A stretch of DNA of 64,000 nt from Bilabrum cf. latius. Taxonomy: Eukaryota. The DNA lies in assembly GCA_965178125.1 (NCBI GenBank), contig OZ237738.1, forward strand, positions 868,001 through 932,000, read 5' to 3'. Positions 60,755 through 64,000 of the stretch are shown piece after piece; position 1 is the stretch's first letter; each line of letters starts with the position of its first letter. A program made the translations under genes and the position numbers. Under the pieces are notes generated by a model. That model searched no databases, was not told the origin of the DNA, and saw only the letters and a program-made list of their open reading frames with translations.

Positions 60755-60826
60755 GCGCGCAGGGAGAGGGTGGAGAAGGCGTCCGGCGAAGGAGGGGCAG
60801 CGAGCGAGAACGGTGCTTCTCCGTGA
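60125..60826 (+). CDS. Gly/Ala-rich, poly-Q ORF, copy 3 (open from an ATG across the unit junction)
   Basis: 233-aa ORF with the same C-terminal half as copies 1 and 2. Confidence 0.35.
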
Positions 60827-61217
60827 GGAGGGATGTGGTGGGTTGCGCGTGGCCTGATTGCTTCCTGTGAAGCTGATGTTCCAAGTAAGCGAGGCCGCCA
60901 CGCCAGGCAAAGGCCCAGCACCTTGAAGTTGTGAACTTCTTGAAGATGAAAACAGCCTGAACCGGACTAGAGTGGATCGATCTCACCGACGCATTGTCAG
61001 TTTCATCGATACTGTTTCGACTGCAGTATCCCCAACTAAAGCCATTCTAGATACAGGGTTGAGTTGGAGCAAATCAGAACTGGCCGTCGAACAGGTACAC
61101 ACACAAGAGAAGGTCGTGCACAGTAAAGCTCGTATCCCCTGTCATTCTGTAGTCGGCGGCCACCTGGCTGGCTGCGTATCAGCAGTCGATACTGGATACA
61201 AATACTGCCTGGAAGCC

Positions 61218-62867
61218 ATGGAGCAAGCAGCAGGTGCACGCTCAGGGGAGGTGATCGATCTCGTCAGCAGCGACTCAAGCGACAGCGACTCTGGTGAAAG
61301 CGATGTCGAGGTTCCCGACCGCCGCATGAGCACGATTGCTGCATCGCTATCATTGACCAGCAGTCGGTAGTGGGGCAGGCGAGAGGCAGGTGGGAAAGGT
61401 AGGGCCCGAGATTCAGCGAGTGATCGAGCCAAAGCTGTTCCCACGTCCATCGTGGCGTCGGGACACTCCAGCAGCAGCGCAATGTTGCCGCAAGAAGTGC
61501 AATCTTCAATGCAGTCAAGCTCAGGGGTAGGTGCAAGCGGCGGCACCGATGCCTCTGTGGGCCAGAAGCGAGGCAGGCAGGCAGAGGCGAGGTCAGCAGA
61601 CAGCTAGAGCGGATCGAGGGGAAAGAGACGGCGTGGACAGGCAGGCGCAATCGGGGCAGGACATCGGTGCAGCGTGTGCGGGCAGGCGTTTGGACAGGCA
61701 GGCAGTCTCAGGACGCACATGAGGACTGTGCATCTGGGCGAGCGCAAGCACGAGTGCATGGTGTGCGGCAAGTCATTCGGGGAGGCAGGCAGTCTCAGGA
61801 GGCACATGAGGACTGTGCATCTGGGCGAGCGCAAGCACGAGTGCAGTGTGTGCGGCAAGTCATTCGGACGGGCAGGCAATCTCAGTAGGCACATGTCCAC
61901 TGTGCATCTGGGCGAGCGCAAGCACGAGTGCATGGTGTGCGGCAAGTCATTCGGTGCGGCAGGCCATCTCAGGACGCACATGAGGACCGTGCATCTGGGC
62001 GAGCGCAAGCACGAGTGCAGTGTGTGCGGCAAGTCATTCGGACAGGCTGGCAATTTCAGGAGGCACATGAGGACCGTGCATCTGGGCGAGCGCAAGCACG
62101 AGTGCATGGTGTGCGGCAAGTCATTCGGGCTGGCAGGCCATCTCAGGACGCACATGAGGACCGTGCACATGGGCGAGCGCAAGCACGAGTGCATGGTGTG
62201 CGGCAAGTCATTCGGGGAGGCAGGCAGTCTCAGGACGCACATGAGGACTGTGCATCTGGGCGAGCGCAATCACGAGTGCATGGTGTGCGGCAAGTCATTC
62301 GGGCTGGCAGGCAATCTCAAGACGCACATGAGGACTGTGCACATGGGCGAGCGCAAGCACGAGTGCAGTGAGTGCGGCAAGTCATTCGGGGAGGCAGGCT
62401 ATCTCAGGACGCACATGAGGACCGTGCATCTAGGCGAGCGCAAGCACGAGTGCATGGTGTGCGGCAAGTCATTCGGACAGGCAGGCAATCTCAGGACGCA
62501 CATGAGGACTGTGCATCTAGGCGAGCGCAAGCACGAGTGCATGGTGTGCGGCAAGTCATTCGGGGAGGCAGGCAGTCTCAGGACGCACATGAGGACCGTG
62601 CATCTAGGCGAGCGCAAGCACGAGTGCATGGTGTGCGGCAAGTCATTCGGACAGGCAGGCAATCTCAGGACGCACATGAGGACTGTGCATCTAGGCGAGC
62701 GCAAGCACGAGTGCATGGTGTGCGGCAAGTCATTCGGGGAGGCAGGCAGTCTCAGGACGCACATGAGGACTGTGCATCTGGGCGAGCGCAAGCACGAGTG
62801 CAGTGTGTGCGGCAAGTCATTCGGACAGGCAGGCGATCTCAAGAGGCACACGCGAGGTTGTCACTGA
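61218..62867 (+). CDS. C2H2 zinc-finger array protein, copy 3 (14 fingers, ~549 aa)
   Basis: Same N-terminus. Fourteen 87-bp units with a helix-residue series different from copy 1. Ends TGA. Confidence 0.9.
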
Positions 62868-64000
62868 TTCGCTAGCATTCTGTAGCGAGTGGCTCGGCGC
62901 TTGACATTGGATTGTGCACGCTGCATTCAAAAAGGGTGAAGCTTGGGATGTCAGGACTTGAAAGAAAATTCCTGCCCCCGGTCCCGCGGACCCACTGGGC
63001 TTCACCCTGAACGACTGGTTTTTCACCGGTCCACCTGAATGCGGTATTCATCCGACACTACGAATGTACACGCCACTTTCCCCATGCACGCGCGACTGGC
63101 CTCGTCGCCACATGGCTACCTGTTCCTGTTCCCCGCCCTAGGGACCGTGTGCTTTGCTCCCTGCATTGCCGCCTTGGCCCAATCCTTTCAGCTTGCACGC
63201 ACCGGTCCTGGCCGACCTGCTGCGCCCCATCTGTCCACCCGCCTGTTGGCCCTCTGCGTGCTGCTGGCCATGCAGTCCGCTGCCACCCGCGTCTCCCTCG
63301 TGCCTTGCACCTGGAGCCCCCATTCCTCCCGTTGTGTTCTCCCTGTTGACACCGCACTGTCGTCGCCTGTGCCGGTGTCCCCCTGTTCTTCTCCACCTCC
63401 TGTCCTCCTGCGCCCACCCCGTCTTCCGGCTCACCTCTGCTCCCCGTCGCTTCAATCCTGATGTCCGAGTACATAAAACAAGATGTCCTGCACGAATTGC
63501 TCTTGTTCTGAGCACTCCTCTTGTTCTATCATGCTCCCTTGGGTACGATAGTACGTACCCATGCCTGGCAGGGCCTTGACACTCGACTGCAGCACGTCGG
63601 AGGCCCGGCCCCGGATGCCGTTCGCCCGGCCGCGGGGCCGTGGGTGCTCCAGCTGCGGTTGGGAGTGCAGACTAGGATTGGCGAGGGAGTCGTGATCAGG
63701 CTGCTGTCCGTACAGTCTGCCTTGATTCCGATACGAGGTATCTCTACCGCCATCGCCCTCCTGCCTCTGGATTCGTGCACAGGCTGAGGGGAAGCGCGCG
63801 GCGTGTGCCTGACGGGAGGGGGTCCGTCGCAGCCGTGGCACAGGCCAAGCAAGAGAAGATCGGGATCCGGGGCTCGAGATCTGGCGCCGCGGCTGGGGCC
63901 GGTGCGGGTGCGGGTGGAGTGGTCGGTTCCGTGGGTGATGGTGGCTCTGGGCTGGGGCAGGGGTCCGCGGCATCCACGAAGGAGGACTTCTCCGTGGACG

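Larger units (their letters stand above)
52464..64000 (+). repeat. Tandem segmental amplicon: units at about 52464-55686, 57261-60276, 60277-63635 and 63636->64000
   Basis: Near-identical blocks start at GGGCCGTGGGTGCTC. Each has a poly-Q ORF, a spacer, a zinc-finger gene and a 3' spacer. Unit length varies with finger number. Confidence 0.92.

Noticed and set aside
53852-62864. CRISPR-like array or diversity-generating retroelement
   Set aside because: The repeats are contiguous in-frame 87-bp coding units with no unique spacers. No cas or reverse transcriptase gene is present, and the variation is not adenine-specific.
1-64000. Prokaryotic or phage origin with amber recoding
   Set aside because: Spliceosomal introns, ATR, a UBA-rhomboid, a hAT transposon and C2H2 arrays mark it as eukaryotic nuclear DNA. 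I saw no tRNA or rRNA gene in the window.

Overview
Gene-dense, intron-poor, GC-rich eukaryotic (protist-type) nuclear DNA. The supplied ORF track is fragmented because this genome appears to read UAG as glutamine while UAA and UGA stay stops. With TAG=Gln the fragments join in frame into about a dozen genes: a serine carboxypeptidase 3' end, an LRR protein, a kelch-like protein, a large secreted protein, an active rhomboid, a ~3450-aa membrane pseudo-cyclase/protein-kinase fusion, a rhomboid pseudoprotease with UBA, a ~2860-aa REC-like/TPR/cNMP-binding protein, a DMT transporter and a ~4260-aa ATR kinase. An intact 2957-bp hAT transposon (TIRs, 8-bp TSD, transposase using TAG=Gln) sits just upstream of ATR. 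Downstream of ATR is a tandem amplicon of ~3.0-3.4-kb units. Each unit carries a C2H2 zinc-finger gene built from an 87-bp minisatellite (14, 10 and 14 fingers) that varies mainly at the DNA-contacting helix positions, a PRDM9/KRAB-ZNF-like pattern. The amplicon also holds a frameshifted duplicate of the ATR kinase end. All calls come from manual reading; no database searches were run.
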